NCBI GenBank assembly: GCA_963764725.1
Contig: CAVXTM010000012.1
Location: 32,001-96,000, forward strand
Length of the DNA stretch: 64,000 nt
From: an uncultured Gammaproteobacteria bacterium
GTDB lineage: Bacteria; Pseudomonadota; Gammaproteobacteria; JACCXJ01
Direction: 5' to 3'
Translations under genes and position numbers: made by a program
Shown here: positions 41,831 through 51,307 of the stretch, piece after piece
Layout: the number at the start of each line of letters is the position of its first letter
Position numbering within the stretch: position 1 is the first letter of the stretch
The notes under the pieces: model-generated
What the model was told of the DNA's origin: nothing
Database searches by the model: none
The model's input: the letters and a program-made list of their open reading frames with translations, nothing else

Positions 41831-41970
41831 CCAACCCTTACAGCCTCGACCGGAAAGTGTTACCGATTCGGGTCCCTATTGCACACCCGTACCTTGTCCC
41901 TCGCACACCCCTAACTGCCTGACTGCGCGCGTTTATGGCCGGACACGCCAAAGCCGGGCATGAAGAATGC
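41831..41970 (+). promoter_or_regulatory. Tandem UAS and sigma54 promoter (repeat copy 1)
   Basis: CCAA-CCC-TTAC 41831, GAAA-GTG-TTAC 41853; GGGCATGAAGAATGC 41956. Confidence 0.8.
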
Positions 41971-41981
41971 TCTCCAGTCAG

Positions 41982-42107
41982 TCATGGCTCACCAGAAGAA
42001 CTAAGATCGCGGCTACGGCGCATGCTGACTACCCCATTTGCCTCCCCCATTTGCCCGCCCTCGGGTGCCCTCTCCCCTAACCGGCATCACGGGCGGGATT
42101 CTTTTTT
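41982..42107 (+). ncRNA. Candidate C-rich small RNA, copy 1
   Basis: Paralog of 49333-49432; CATG..CATG stem, CCCC/CTCCCC motifs, CCCGCCC/GGGCGGG stem plus T-run; no conserved ORF. Confidence 0.65.
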
Positions 42108-42179
42108 ACCTGGGGTGGGGTTGTTGGCGAAGCGGTGTACTACTGACGACCAGGGAAGAAACCCGGCCGGGGGCAACCT

Positions 42180-42644
42180 ATGAGAAATTTGAGACCAGCT
42201 CGTTCGCGTATCCTCGCGCGAAGTAAGGCAGATACCTTGACGGTCAGGATAACCGGAAACTTAGGCCTCAGCCTCAGCTTCGATCTCTGGCATATCTGCC
42301 GTTTGGAGCAAAGCCGCTACCGTCGCTATATCTTCGATCTGGAGAAGATCGTCGTGCTCCATGACTCTGGTTTAGCGTGGCTCCTGATGTTCCAGCGGCA
42401 CGCACTGCGGGCCGGGGCACGGGTCCTGATCGTTAAATGCCGCAACGCAATCGCTCGCCGCTGCGCGGCGATCGGTCTTGAGGTGATAGCCGCCGAGCCA
42501 TGGATTCGACAGCCGATGCTTCGCCAAGGCATGCCTTACCGCGCACCAGTTTGGGGATCTGCAATCGGGCCGAGCGGTGGAAGTCGGGTGCCACACCTCA
42601 GCCTCTGTAAGAATAACGAGCACAATGCACGCGTAATTCACTGA
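42180..42644 (+). CDS. STAS-domain (anti-sigma antagonist-like) protein
   Basis: LTVRITG..FD..YIFDLEKIVVLHDSGLAWLL. Confidence 0.7.
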   Translation: MRNLRPARSRILARSKADTLTVRITGNLGLSLSFDLWHICRLEQSRYRRYIFDLEKIVVLHDSGLAWLLMFQRHALRAGARVLIVKCRNAIARRCAAIGLEVIAAEPWIRQPMLRQGMPYRAPVWGSAIGPSGGSRVPHLSLCKNNEHNARVIH

Positions 42645-42902
42645 TTCTTTATTCGGTTGGGGCCGAGACGCTGCAGTGCTTACTTGGTTCTATCTCCTAT
42701 ACGTATTCACAGTAGTTTGGGGCGGTCATTCTCCTCCTGCGTCGCTAGAGTTGGCATTACCTCCAGAGCAGGAGAAGATATAATGGGGGAATATTGATCG
42801 AACCCGGAATGTCCGCATTCGAAGGCGCCTCACCGGCGCCCTCACCGAGCACGTTGATCTACATCGCGATGTAATTACGCGCGAGCGCGATCGCGCAAGT
42901 TC

Positions 42903-43061
42903 CTAGATTCTCCCCAAGAGCAACAAAATCAGTACCACCAGCAACACCGTGCCAAGGATACTGCTTGGACCGTAGCCCCATCCGCTGCTGTACGGCCAGG
43001 ACGGTATGGCACCGATCAAAAGCACGATCAGTACGATCAATAATATGGTTCCTAATGACAT
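42903..43061 (-). CDS. DUF3309 small membrane protein (52 aa)
   Basis: MSLGTILLIVLIVLLIGAIPSWPYSSGWGYGPS..LLGRI; AGGAG RBS; not in the ORF track. Confidence 0.92.
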   Translation of the reverse strand: MSLGTILLIVLIVLLIGAIPSWPYSSGWGYGPSSILGTVLLVVLILLLLGRI

Positions 43062-43129
43062 CGCTTTCTCCTATCTCATAAATCGTATGTCTACTCTCGG
43101 TTCAGGACTATTACCGCAATTATCAGCAC

Positions 43130-43273
43130 TCAGGTGCACCCTCGCATGAGGAAAATGACCAGTAGAATGGGTATGGGCACGCCTAAAAGCCACAATAGGA
43201 TGTAACCCGCCTTACCTGCTTGCGACTTCAGGGTCGCAGGACGCTTAAAGATGCGCCGCAACTCATTTTTCAT
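43130..43273 (-). CDS. 47-aa membrane peptide ending GKAGYILLWLLGVPIPILLVIFLMRGCT
   Basis: Lies between csbD and DUF3309; LWLLGVP motif. Confidence 0.8.
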   Translation of the reverse strand: MKNELRRIFKRPATLKSQAGKAGYILLWLLGVPIPILLVIFLMRGCT

Positions 43274-43349
43274 TCCCGTGCCACTCTCCTCACGTTCGTT
43301 GGGTTTGCTCCGCGGCCACCAGAGCCGCGGAGCGCAATATCCGGATTTA

Positions 43350-43547
43350 CTATAGGTTCCTCACCCACCCATCGGCTTCTTCCTGCGCTTTTTCCTTGGT
43401 ATAACCATACTTGGCCTGTAACCGACCGACCAGCTCTTCGCGCTTCCCTTCTATGACATCCAACTCGTCATCGGTAAGATCACCCCACATCTGCTGCGCC
43501 TTACCTCTGACCTGCTTCCAACTACCCTTGACTTGATCCCAGTTCAT
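43350..43547 (-). CDS. csbD: CsbD-family general stress protein
   Basis: MNWDQVKGSWKQVRGKAQQMWGDLTDDEL..YG. Confidence 0.95.
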   Translation of the reverse strand: MNWDQVKGSWKQVRGKAQQMWGDLTDDELDVIEGKREELVGRLQAKYGYTKEKAQEEADGWVRNL

Positions 43548-43623
43548 GTTTTCCTCCTCTATCTCTATGTATTGCGGTTTGTGCTTTAAACCCGCGACTC
43601 AGCCGCGGATGTTCAAATCGACT

Positions 43624-43758
43624 TCAAGTACCGTGCCGCTAAACGGCATAACGCAATTTACCTTTCGGTTTAGTGGGATAGCACAGTCGCTTTGGCGAAC
43701 GGTGAAGTCGCACATTAAGATTGGCAGCAAGAATTTCCGGTTGATTTGTAAGGCTTAC
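43624..43758 (-). promoter_or_regulatory. sigma54-like promoter and tandem UAS for the csbD operon
   Basis: CGGCACGGTACTTGA (43638-43624); GCAA-GAA-TTTC 43727, GTAA-GGC-TTAC 43748. Confidence 0.75.
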
Positions 43759-43899
43759 GCGGAGCGGCGTTCACCTCCCAAGGTTACGCGGGCAGTCATT
43801 ATAGAGCGCGCTGGCCGTACCTCGAGACAAACAACTGGATCTTCTCCCAGAGGCTATAGTCGACCGTATCGCCGCACAACAATGAGCCCGCTGGCGCAT

Positions 43900-44046
43900 G
43901 TAAGATTTGCAACGACGCAAGGTAATATTTACACGAATTAAACACAGCGTTTCTTTCTAGGGAACCATTTCTGGATCATTACGAGCGCAAACTGACCGCG
44001 ATTGTTCATCTCGGATGCACCAGCCAATAGCGGGCATAAAAGGTGC
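43900..44046 (+). promoter_or_regulatory. Tandem UAS and sigma54 promoter
   Basis: GTAA-GAT-TTGC 43900, GTAA-TAT-TTAC 43922; GGGCATAAAAGGTGC 44032. Confidence 0.78.
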
Positions 44047-44115
44047 TCAGTGGCATGTGATAGTAAACCTCTGGGCGAAGAGCCTCCGACTAATTCGCGA
44101 AAGCGGGAGAATCAA

Positions 44116-44271
44116 ATGAACAAGTTAACATCTATAATACTTGGTGGTCTTGTACTCGGTTCGCTGGCCGGTTGCGGGAACCAAGGCCCTGCGGAACGAG
44201 CTGGGGAGAATGTGGACGAGGCCGTCGAAGAAATGAAGGATGAAGTCGATGACGCGACCGACGCGCGTTGA
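44116..44271 (+). CDS. Small lipoprotein (GPAERAG motif)
   Basis: GGAG RBS, LAGC lipobox. Confidence 0.85.
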   Translation: MNKLTSIILGGLVLGSLAGCGNQGPAERAGENVDEAVEEMKDEVDDATDAR

Positions 44272-44314
44272 TATCCCACTAACTTGCCTGTGCTGAGGGT
44301 ACCTTTCGCATCCG

Positions 44315-44692
44315 TTGCAGTATTCAACATTTTCTGAACAAGGATCTAGCGAACCGAAACCCGTGAACAAAACACCGGCTCCAACTCCCGTCTCTCCTAC
44401 CCCGCTGATAAGCGGGATGGAGGCGTACGACGCGGACTTTCGGAATAACTTCCAAGCCACGTTCGGGATTCGCGGCTATAGCTACAACCAGTGTGCGCCA
44501 GCCTATGAATTCGGTTATACGATTGCTGTCGACCCACGTTACCACGGCCAGGAATGGATGACGATAGAAACCGAGGCCCGCCGCGAGTGGGAGCTTCGCC
44601 ATGAGGATGCATGGGAGGAATTCAAAGGCGCTGTGCATTACGCGTGGGATCGCGTTCATGGGCTCGATCATCGAACGCAGCTCACCGTTTAG
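44315..44692 (+). CDS. Hypothetical stress-type protein; start uncertain, possibly truncated
   Basis: APAYEFG..W..E..ARREWE..WEEFKGAVHYAWDRV. Confidence 0.6.
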   Translation: MQYSTFSEQGSSEPKPVNKTPAPTPVSPTPLISGMEAYDADFRNNFQATFGIRGYSYNQCAPAYEFGYTIAVDPRYHGQEWMTIETEARREWELRHEDAWEEFKGAVHYAWDRVHGLDHRTQLTV

Positions 44693-44942
44693 ATACAATC
44701 TCGGAGGAGCGAGGGCTCCGATGCCGGTGCGCGCGGACGCTGTAGCAACGGATCGTATCGGTAGTCCTACAATCGATCGCTACGGTAGATTATGCTCAGT
44801 ACGCGACCTCGTTGCTAGTGCTTATCGTCGCGCCACGGCCTAAAACGCGCACAGCAAGCATTGGACGAGGCGATGAGATCAACGGGTCCAATCGGCGCGC
44901 CACCGGGCGATTTTTGTATAATGCTTCCAGAAGAATCAGGCA

Positions 44943-45509
44943 ATGCATAAGAATTTATCACTCATTCTGGGACTCTTCCTGATCACGGCACCATTCGTCC
45001 AGCCTTGGGCCGACGAATACGACGATACGATCGAGGTCTTCAAGGAGGCCGGTCAGAGCGGCAATTTTTTCAACAACGCTTACGGCTATGCGGTGTTCCC
45101 CACCATCGGCAAGGGGGGAATCGGTGTGGGCGCCGCCTACGGGAAAGGTCGCGTGTATGCTAAGGGTAAGCACGTGGGGGACACGTCCATGACCCAGCTC
45201 ACCCTGGGTTTCCAGCTGGGCGGAGAGGCCCATAGTCAGATCATCTTCTTTGAGGATCAGCACGCCTTCAAGCAGTTCACAAACGGTAACTTCGAATTCG
45301 GTGCCCAGGCCAGTGCCGTGGCGATCACCGCTGGCGTGTCCGCGGCTGCCACCACCACCGGCAGCTCGGCCGCTGCGAGCGGCGGGAAGCACGACGCCAA
45401 GACCGCCGGCGCATATCGCAAAGGAATGGGCGTGTTTACGGTGGCCAAGGGCGGTCTGATGTACGAAGCGAGTATCGGCGGCCAGAAGTACAGCTACACG
45501 CCGCTTTGA
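44943..45509 (+). CDS. Ysc84/SYLF-like lipid-binding protein
   Basis: AVFPTIGKGG, GFQLGG, KGGLMYEASIGGQK. Confidence 0.88.
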   Translation: MHKNLSLILGLFLITAPFVQPWADEYDDTIEVFKEAGQSGNFFNNAYGYAVFPTIGKGGIGVGAAYGKGRVYAKGKHVGDTSMTQLTLGFQLGGEAHSQIIFFEDQHAFKQFTNGNFEFGAQASAVAITAGVSAAATTTGSSAAASGGKHDAKTAGAYRKGMGVFTVAKGGLMYEASIGGQKYSYTPL

Positions 45510-45544
45510 ACTGCTGACGAAGGCAGGGAGGGTACCCCACAGCG

Positions 45545-45836
45545 CTCTCTGCTTCGCTTTTGTTCAGAGCGACTCATCCCGCTTCCCAACCCCGAGCGCT
45601 TGCTCAACCCAGGCCTCACCTTCGAGCAACTCGATGCACTGGCCATGCAAATGAGCGACAATGAAAATGCTGCCCAGTTACACAAGGCACGACAACAACT
45701 CTTTAAACAGATCCATGAACAGTGGTCGCACAGCCCAGGCTCCCGACGCCCTCTCCCCGCAGGCCAGTACTCTTTCGCCCTAGGAGGCCGGGGCTTTTAC
45801 TACCTTCTTTCACACTCGTCTGAAATTAGAAAATAC
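45545..45836 (+). mobile_element. IS 3'-end remnant (transposase C-terminus and probable end)
   Basis: LLNPGLTFEQLDALAMQMSDNE..ARQQLFKQI followed by an IS-end-like sequence. Confidence 0.55.
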
Positions 45837-45859
45837 TTGGACGGCACCGCAAAGTTCGT

Positions 45860-46625
45860 CAACCAGATCGTGTTAGTTGGCGCCAGCAATCTAACGCGAG
45901 CACTCGCAACCGCGGTGGAGGCCGCGGAGCACATCTGCGGCAGGCCGAACAGGCTCCTCATCGCCGCCGGTCATGGCCGGTCATACGGCGTCTATAGCCG
46001 GGTTCTGTTCCGCGGCCTACCGGCGATCACCCAGTGCGGCCTCTGGGATAAGCTGGCGACGGGACCGACGCTGCCTACCTTCGCCCTGCTCACCGATCTA
46101 GGCAATGACATCGCCTATGGCGTTTCCACTCGCGAACTCATCGGATGGGTGCGCTGGTGCGTCGAGCGTCTTACAGAACACCGGGCCCGGATCATCATCA
46201 CCACTCTACCGGTGCATCGCCTCGAACGTCTATCGCCAAGAAGATACAGGATCTTGCGAGCGGTGCTGTTCCCAGGACAGCGCCTCGGCTTGCCAGAAGC
46301 GCTTGAGCGGGCGCGAGCAATGAATCTGAAGCTGCGCGAGCTTGCACTTGAGCGACGGATTACGCTGGTCAGTCAGCGGCCGGAATGGTATGGCTTTGAC
46401 TCAATCCATATCCGCCGGCGCTGCTTCGCGACAGCCTATGGTGGGATCCTCAAGCACTGGCTTGCCTGCGCTCCGGATGAGCGGCCGCTCGGCAGCACCA
46501 GCATCCGCCGCTGGCTGCGATTACTGCTCCTGGCGCCGCAATACCAACGCGTCTTCGGATTCGACCGATACCGCGAGCAGCCCGCGGCTGTCCTCCCGCA
46601 CGGTTCTACCGTTTCGCTGTATTAA
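45860..46625 (+). CDS. SGNH/GDSL-like hydrolase; 5' end abuts the IS remnant
   Basis: VLVGASN, GHGRSYG, TDLGND, DSIH. Confidence 0.7.
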
Positions 46626-46845
46626 CGATGCGCATAAAAGCGAAATTGGCTGTGATACAGTATGTCTGGGAGTATGAGAGCGACTTCGACTTTAGCCAAG
46701 TAACGCATTTAAGCTGCAGGTGGTATGCGTGCGAAAGCTATAGTTAGTGTGCGTCCTTACTGATTGCCTGTCTGTGTGTCCGCACAGGGAGGCAGACCAT
46801 AAGCTCAACCGAAATCTACCATCCGGAAAGCCGAGGGACGACACC

Positions 46846-47151
46846 ATGTCAAACTGGCGAGTAGAACTGACTGCAAATAGTGATAACCAACAGGCCATTA
46901 TTGATGTAATGGACACAGTGGGACCGCTCAACAAGTGGCGGTGCGTTACTGATGATGCCTTTATTCCCGATGAGGGTGAATTCACCAATCAAGCTAGAAG
47001 AGTTGTACCGCTTATCCCCAACTTTTGGCAGCTCGACGATTTCGATATCGACGAGGTGCAAGTTGGATCGACTGGTCCCGGAGAAGTATTCGAAAGCGGA
47101 AGTTCCTTTCCGAATGGACCAGTTAGTTGGAGGGTTGTTAAAGCCTTATGA
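46846..47151 (+). CDS. Hypothetical protein, lower GC
   Basis: GAGG RBS, 101-aa ORF. Confidence 0.6.
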   Translation: MSNWRVELTANSDNQQAIIDVMDTVGPLNKWRCVTDDAFIPDEGEFTNQARRVVPLIPNFWQLDDFDIDEVQVGSTGPGEVFESGSSFPNGPVSWRVVKAL

Positions 47152-47434
47152 GAGATTTCATGGGCCAATCCTGTCGTCTATTCGCTCAGCGCGTTCCGGT
47201 GGAGCATCTACCAGATCTCCGACGTGAGCGTCGGCACAAGCGCGGCGACAACACTGGGGTTCCCTTGCCTTGTGTCTGAGCGCGGTGTGGTGGATGTTTA
47301 AGACCGGATACCGGCTCAAGGCGTGAGGCCCTGGATCTCGCCAAGGCAACGGCGCCCACCACTATTTGACTCGGACTTGTTGACCGCCGATTAGCTCCTG
47401 CGAACCGGGCAGACTGGCATTGCGGGTGAGCGCC

Positions 47435-48046
47435 TCAGGCTCCCGGCCAGGATCGCAGCGCCAGCTGGATCGCACGTCGCAATTCAGCACGGCTTGCGCC
47501 GCCCGCTGCCTGGACTGCCAACCCATACATGACCGTTGCGACGTAGCGGGCGAGATCGGCGGCATTGACGTCGGCCGGGAGGTCACCCTTTGCTATCGCG
47601 CGCTTGAAACGCTGCCGTATCGCCGCCTCGCCCGTCTTGCGACGGGCGGCCACTTCCTTGCGGATGGTTTCGGATGCCTCCCTGCATGACAGTGCGCTTT
47701 GCACCATGAGGCAGCCCGGTGGATTCCGTGGATCGGTCTGCAGGTCCACAGCCCCCTGCAACAATCGCTCGACGACTGCGCGCGCGGTCGGCTCCTTGAG
47801 GGCTTCGTCTACGTAGGCTGCCGGCCCCTCGGCGTAGCGATCGAGTGCCTTGCGGAACAGCGCTTCTTTGTTGCCGAAGGCGGCATAGAGGCTCGGACGG
47901 TTGATGCCCATCGCTTCGGTCAGATCCGGAAGCGAAGCACCCTCGTAGCCTTTCTGCCAAAACACGTGCAACGCCCGGTCCAGGGCCTCATCGATGTCGA
48001 AGGCGCGGGGACGGCCCATTCGCGCGGGTGATTTTCTCACTTTCAT
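47435..48046 (-). CDS. TetR/AcrR-family regulator
   Basis: GRPRAFD, FWQKGYEG, GINRPSLYAAFGNKE. Confidence 0.95.
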   Translation of the reverse strand: MKVRKSPARMGRPRAFDIDEALDRALHVFWQKGYEGASLPDLTEAMGINRPSLYAAFGNKEALFRKALDRYAEGPAAYVDEALKEPTARAVVERLLQGAVDLQTDPRNPPGCLMVQSALSCREASETIRKEVAARRKTGEAAIRQRFKRAIAKGDLPADVNAADLARYVATVMYGLAVQAAGGASRAELRRAIQLALRSWPGA

Positions 48047-48066
48047 ACCGCGCGATACTAAACTCA

Positions 48067-48113
48067 TTGACAATCTTTGTCCATGCGCGTATGTTATGTA
48101 CCAGTCGATATAT
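48067..48113 (+). promoter_or_regulatory. sigma70 promoter and probable TetR operator for the SDR gene
   Basis: TTGACA-N17-TATGTT, then imperfect dyad TGTACCAGTCGATATA. Confidence 0.6.
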
Positions 48114-48148
48114 AAGTATCACTCCACTTCCCCAACAGGAGCAAATCT

Positions 48149-48901
48149 ATGACAAAGACACTTACGGGCAAGGTCGCGTTGGTCACCGGCGCGTCCAAGG
48201 GCATCGGTGCTTCCATCGCCAAACATCTGGCGGCCGAAGGCGCGGCTGTGGTCGTCAACTACGCACTGAGTAAAGAAGGTGCCGACGAAGTCGTCGCCGA
48301 GATCGCAGGCAGGGGCGGAAGAGCCATTGCGGTGCAGGCCGATGTCTCAAAAAAGGCAGAGATCGAGCGTCTCTTTTCGGAGACGAGGATGGCATTTGGC
48401 AGGCTGGATATTCTGGTGAACAACGCAGGCATATACGAGTTCTCCCCGCTCGAAGACGTCACGGAAGATCACTTCCACCGGCAGTTTAACCTCAATGTAC
48501 TTGGTTTGCTCCTGGTGTCCCAGGAGGGGATCAAGTACTTCGGTGATGAGGGCGGCAACATTATCAATATCAGCTCAATCGCCAGCACCTACGCGCCGCC
48601 GAATACCTCGGTCTACAGTGCTACGAAAGGGGCAGTGGACAGCATCACGAGGTCGCTGTCCAAGGAACTCGGACCGCGCGGGATCCGCGTCAACGCCATC
48701 AATCCCGGTATGGTGGAAACCGAGGGCGTGCGCGCCGCGGGGATTACCGAGAGCGACATGCGCACGCAGATTGAAGCGCAAACCCCGCTGGGACGGATCG
48801 GACAACCGCCGGACATCGCAACGGCAGCCATCTTTCTTGCTTCCCCGGCCTCCTCCTGGATCACCGGGGAAACGCTCACCATAGCTGGCGGCCTGCACTG
48901 A
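48149..48901 (+). CDS. SDR oxidoreductase
   Basis: TGASKGIG, NNAG, YSATK. Confidence 0.95.
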   Translation: MTKTLTGKVALVTGASKGIGASIAKHLAAEGAAVVVNYALSKEGADEVVAEIAGRGGRAIAVQADVSKKAEIERLFSETRMAFGRLDILVNNAGIYEFSPLEDVTEDHFHRQFNLNVLGLLLVSQEGIKYFGDEGGNIINISSIASTYAPPNTSVYSATKGAVDSITRSLSKELGPRGIRVNAINPGMVETEGVRAAGITESDMRTQIEAQTPLGRIGQPPDIATAAIFLASPASSWITGETLTIAGGLH

Positions 48902-49185
48902 AGTGCCCAGAGGCGTGAAGCCTGACGTGCTACTGAGTGCGACCAACCACAGGTAGTCAATCATCATCACTACGGCGCACTCCGGGATTGCCCTGTCCGT
49001 GCTCGGATTCTTTTTCTTTCGCACCTCATCGGAACGAACCCGCATTGGCATGTTTGTACTCCTGTTTGTCGGCGTGGTGTCTTTTCTCGATTTCCAGGCG
49101 CTCATATCGGTTCTATGCCCGCGTTCTTACGACGCGGGTGTTCGCGGTAGCCCTGCGCCCGCTGGCTTTCGACAGGCTCGCTATT

Positions 49186-49321
49186 GCAACCCTTACAGCC
49201 TCGACTGGAAAGCATTACCGATTCGCCTCTCTGGCACGCCCATTCCCTCTCGCTCGCATATCCTAACTCTCTGACTGGGCGGGGTTATGTCGGGACACGC
49301 CAAGCCGGGCATAAAGAATGC
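49186..49321 (+). promoter_or_regulatory. Tandem UAS and sigma54 promoter (repeat copy 2)
   Basis: GCAA-CCC-TTAC 49186, GAAA-GCA-TTAC 49208; GGGCATAAAGAATGC 49307. Confidence 0.8.
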
Positions 49322-49332
49322 TGTCTAGCCAG

Positions 49333-49432
49333 GCATGGCTCAGGTGCATGCTGACTGTCCCCGTTTGCCTCCCCATTTGCCCGCCCCTGGGGTCCCCCTC
49401 CCCTATCGCGCATCACGGGCGGGATTCTTTTT
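49333..49432 (+). ncRNA. Candidate C-rich small RNA, copy 2
   Basis: GCATG..CATGC stem at the predicted +1, C-rich motifs, terminator; paralog of 41982-42107. Confidence 0.65.
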
Positions 49433-49544
49433 GACCTCGCGATGGGTTGGCAAAGTGATGGGTGGCCGAGTGCGGATCGGGTGGCTTGATTGAAGCACCC
49501 TGAGTTATTTACCTTTTGACCTCCATCCATTAAGAGGAGTGACC

Positions 49545-49751
49545 ATGACTATGCTAAAGGTTGTCGAAATATTGGCGCAGTCCGAGAAGAGCTGGGAGGA
49601 CGCCGCGCAGCTCGCGGTTCAGGAGGCTGCCAAGACGGTGCGCAACATCAAATCGATCTATGTCAAGGAGATGGAAGCAACTGTGGAAAACGATCGGATC
49701 ACCTACTACCGGCTCAACGTCAAGATTTCCTTCGCGATAGAGGGACGATAG
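49545..49751 (+). CDS. Dodecin-family protein
   Basis: KVVEILAQSEKSWEDAA..YRLNVKISF. Confidence 0.92.
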   Translation: MTMLKVVEILAQSEKSWEDAAQLAVQEAAKTVRNIKSIYVKEMEATVENDRITYYRLNVKISFAIEGR

Positions 49752-49860
49752 TCCCGAGGTGGGTCGGCGTCGCTCGCACGCCGCCACGCTTAACAGGCGC
49801 ACCCGTTCTGTTGCGCTGAGCACGAGAGTTCAAGGCAAGCCGTTTTAGAGGAGGAGCGCG

Positions 49861-50496
49861 ATGAGTAACCAACTGCCCTATACCCCCAAACAGTTCGCCC
49901 TCAATGGGCTCAACGGCATCTCCGATCGCACGCTCGAGATGCACTTCAAGCTCTACGAGGGCTACGTCAAAGAGACCAACAACTTGAGCGAGCAGATTGC
50001 ACGGTTCCTGGCCGACGGCAAGGTCGATCAAGAGGAGATGCCGGCCTACTCGGAGCTTACACGCCGGGTGGGCTTTGAGTATAACGGCATGGTGTTGCAT
50101 GAATATTATTTCGGTAACCTCAAGCGCGGTGGCTCTGGTAACCCTGACCGCGACTCGGCCTTCTATCAAGCAGCGGAGGCGAGTTTTGGCCGCTACGAGA
50201 TCTGGCGCGCGGACTTCACCAGCGTTGGCAAGATGCGAGGGGTGGGCTGGGCGATCTGTTACCAGGACCCGGTCAGAAAGCGCTTGTCCAATCACTGGGT
50301 TACCCTGCACGAGGTCGGCAATGTCGCTGGCTTTACCCCAATTCTGGTGATGGACGTCTGGGAACACGCTTTCTTGCTCGACTATAAGCCGTCGGAGCGG
50401 CCCAAGTACATCGAGGCCTTTTTCTCCAACATCGACTGGGACGCGGTCGAGATGCGCTTGCAGGAGGGCGCAGCGGCCCGTCCTGTCGGCGCCTGA
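49861..50496 (+). CDS. Fe/Mn superoxide dismutase family protein
   Basis: H..LYEGYV, LHEYYF, DVWEHAF. Confidence 0.9.
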   Translation: MSNQLPYTPKQFALNGLNGISDRTLEMHFKLYEGYVKETNNLSEQIARFLADGKVDQEEMPAYSELTRRVGFEYNGMVLHEYYFGNLKRGGSGNPDRDSAFYQAAEASFGRYEIWRADFTSVGKMRGVGWAICYQDPVRKRLSNHWVTLHEVGNVAGFTPILVMDVWEHAFLLDYKPSERPKYIEAFFSNIDWDAVEMRLQEGAAARPVGA

Positions 50497-51307
50497 GATC
50501 GGGGATGGCCAGACCGCCGCGAGGGCGAGAGTTCGGTTGCTTGGGCCTCGCGAACACCTTCCCGCTGCCTGACCGCGCACCTGCATGATTTGGTTTTGCG
50601 CATGCTGCTGTCTTTTACATCCGAGCCTAGGCGATAGGAACCTAACCGTCGCACCTCGATTGTTTGGTGTGCCGCGGCGGTAATCTGCGACCGGAAAGAG
50701 GTAAGTCGCGGCAGCACGAGTAAGGCCGAGCAATGATGATTTCGAACGACGAGTTGCCCGCCTTGGCAGAGCATCGGAAAGAGGGACCGCATGTGTCGCT
50801 ATTCCTGCCGAGCGCGCGCGGCTGCCGAGATCCAACAGGGCTCCGATTCGCTTCAAGAACCTGATAAGCGAGGTTGAATCTCAACTCAAGGAACAAGAGA
50901 TGAGAAACCGGAGATCGAAGCCCTGTTGAATCCCGCGCAAGAGCGTCTTCAGGATGATGACTTTTGGCAGCACCAATACGACGGACTCGCCTTTTTCCTT
51001 GCCCGGGACTTCGCGCAATCATTTTCCCTGGCGGAGCGTTCGAAGAATTGGCCGTGGTCGAGCACCGCTTTCACTTGAAGCCGCTGTTTCCTCTGATCAG
51101 CGAAGATGGGACTTTTTACCTGCTTGCCCTTAGCCAAGAAATCCTGAGACCCTTAGTAGTGAAGCGCTGCACGAGCAAGCTTGGGAGCTCGTCGGCCCTA
51201 CTTTAATGCTAGACGAGAGAGGTTCTATGCCATGGCGAGCCAGGAAAAGAGCTCCAACCGACTCACCGAGGTCTTAACTTGCCGCTGTCGATGGTCGGAT
51301 CGAGATC

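Noticed and set aside
44755-44880. Additional UAS/sigma54 promoter before the Ysc84-like gene, and GTAA half-sites at 50680-50723
   Set aside because: Half-sites only or wrong spacer, and no convincing -24 element
45600-46625. 341-aa ORF as a novel fusion
   Set aside because: Probably a chance in-frame join of an IS remnant and an SGNH-like gene
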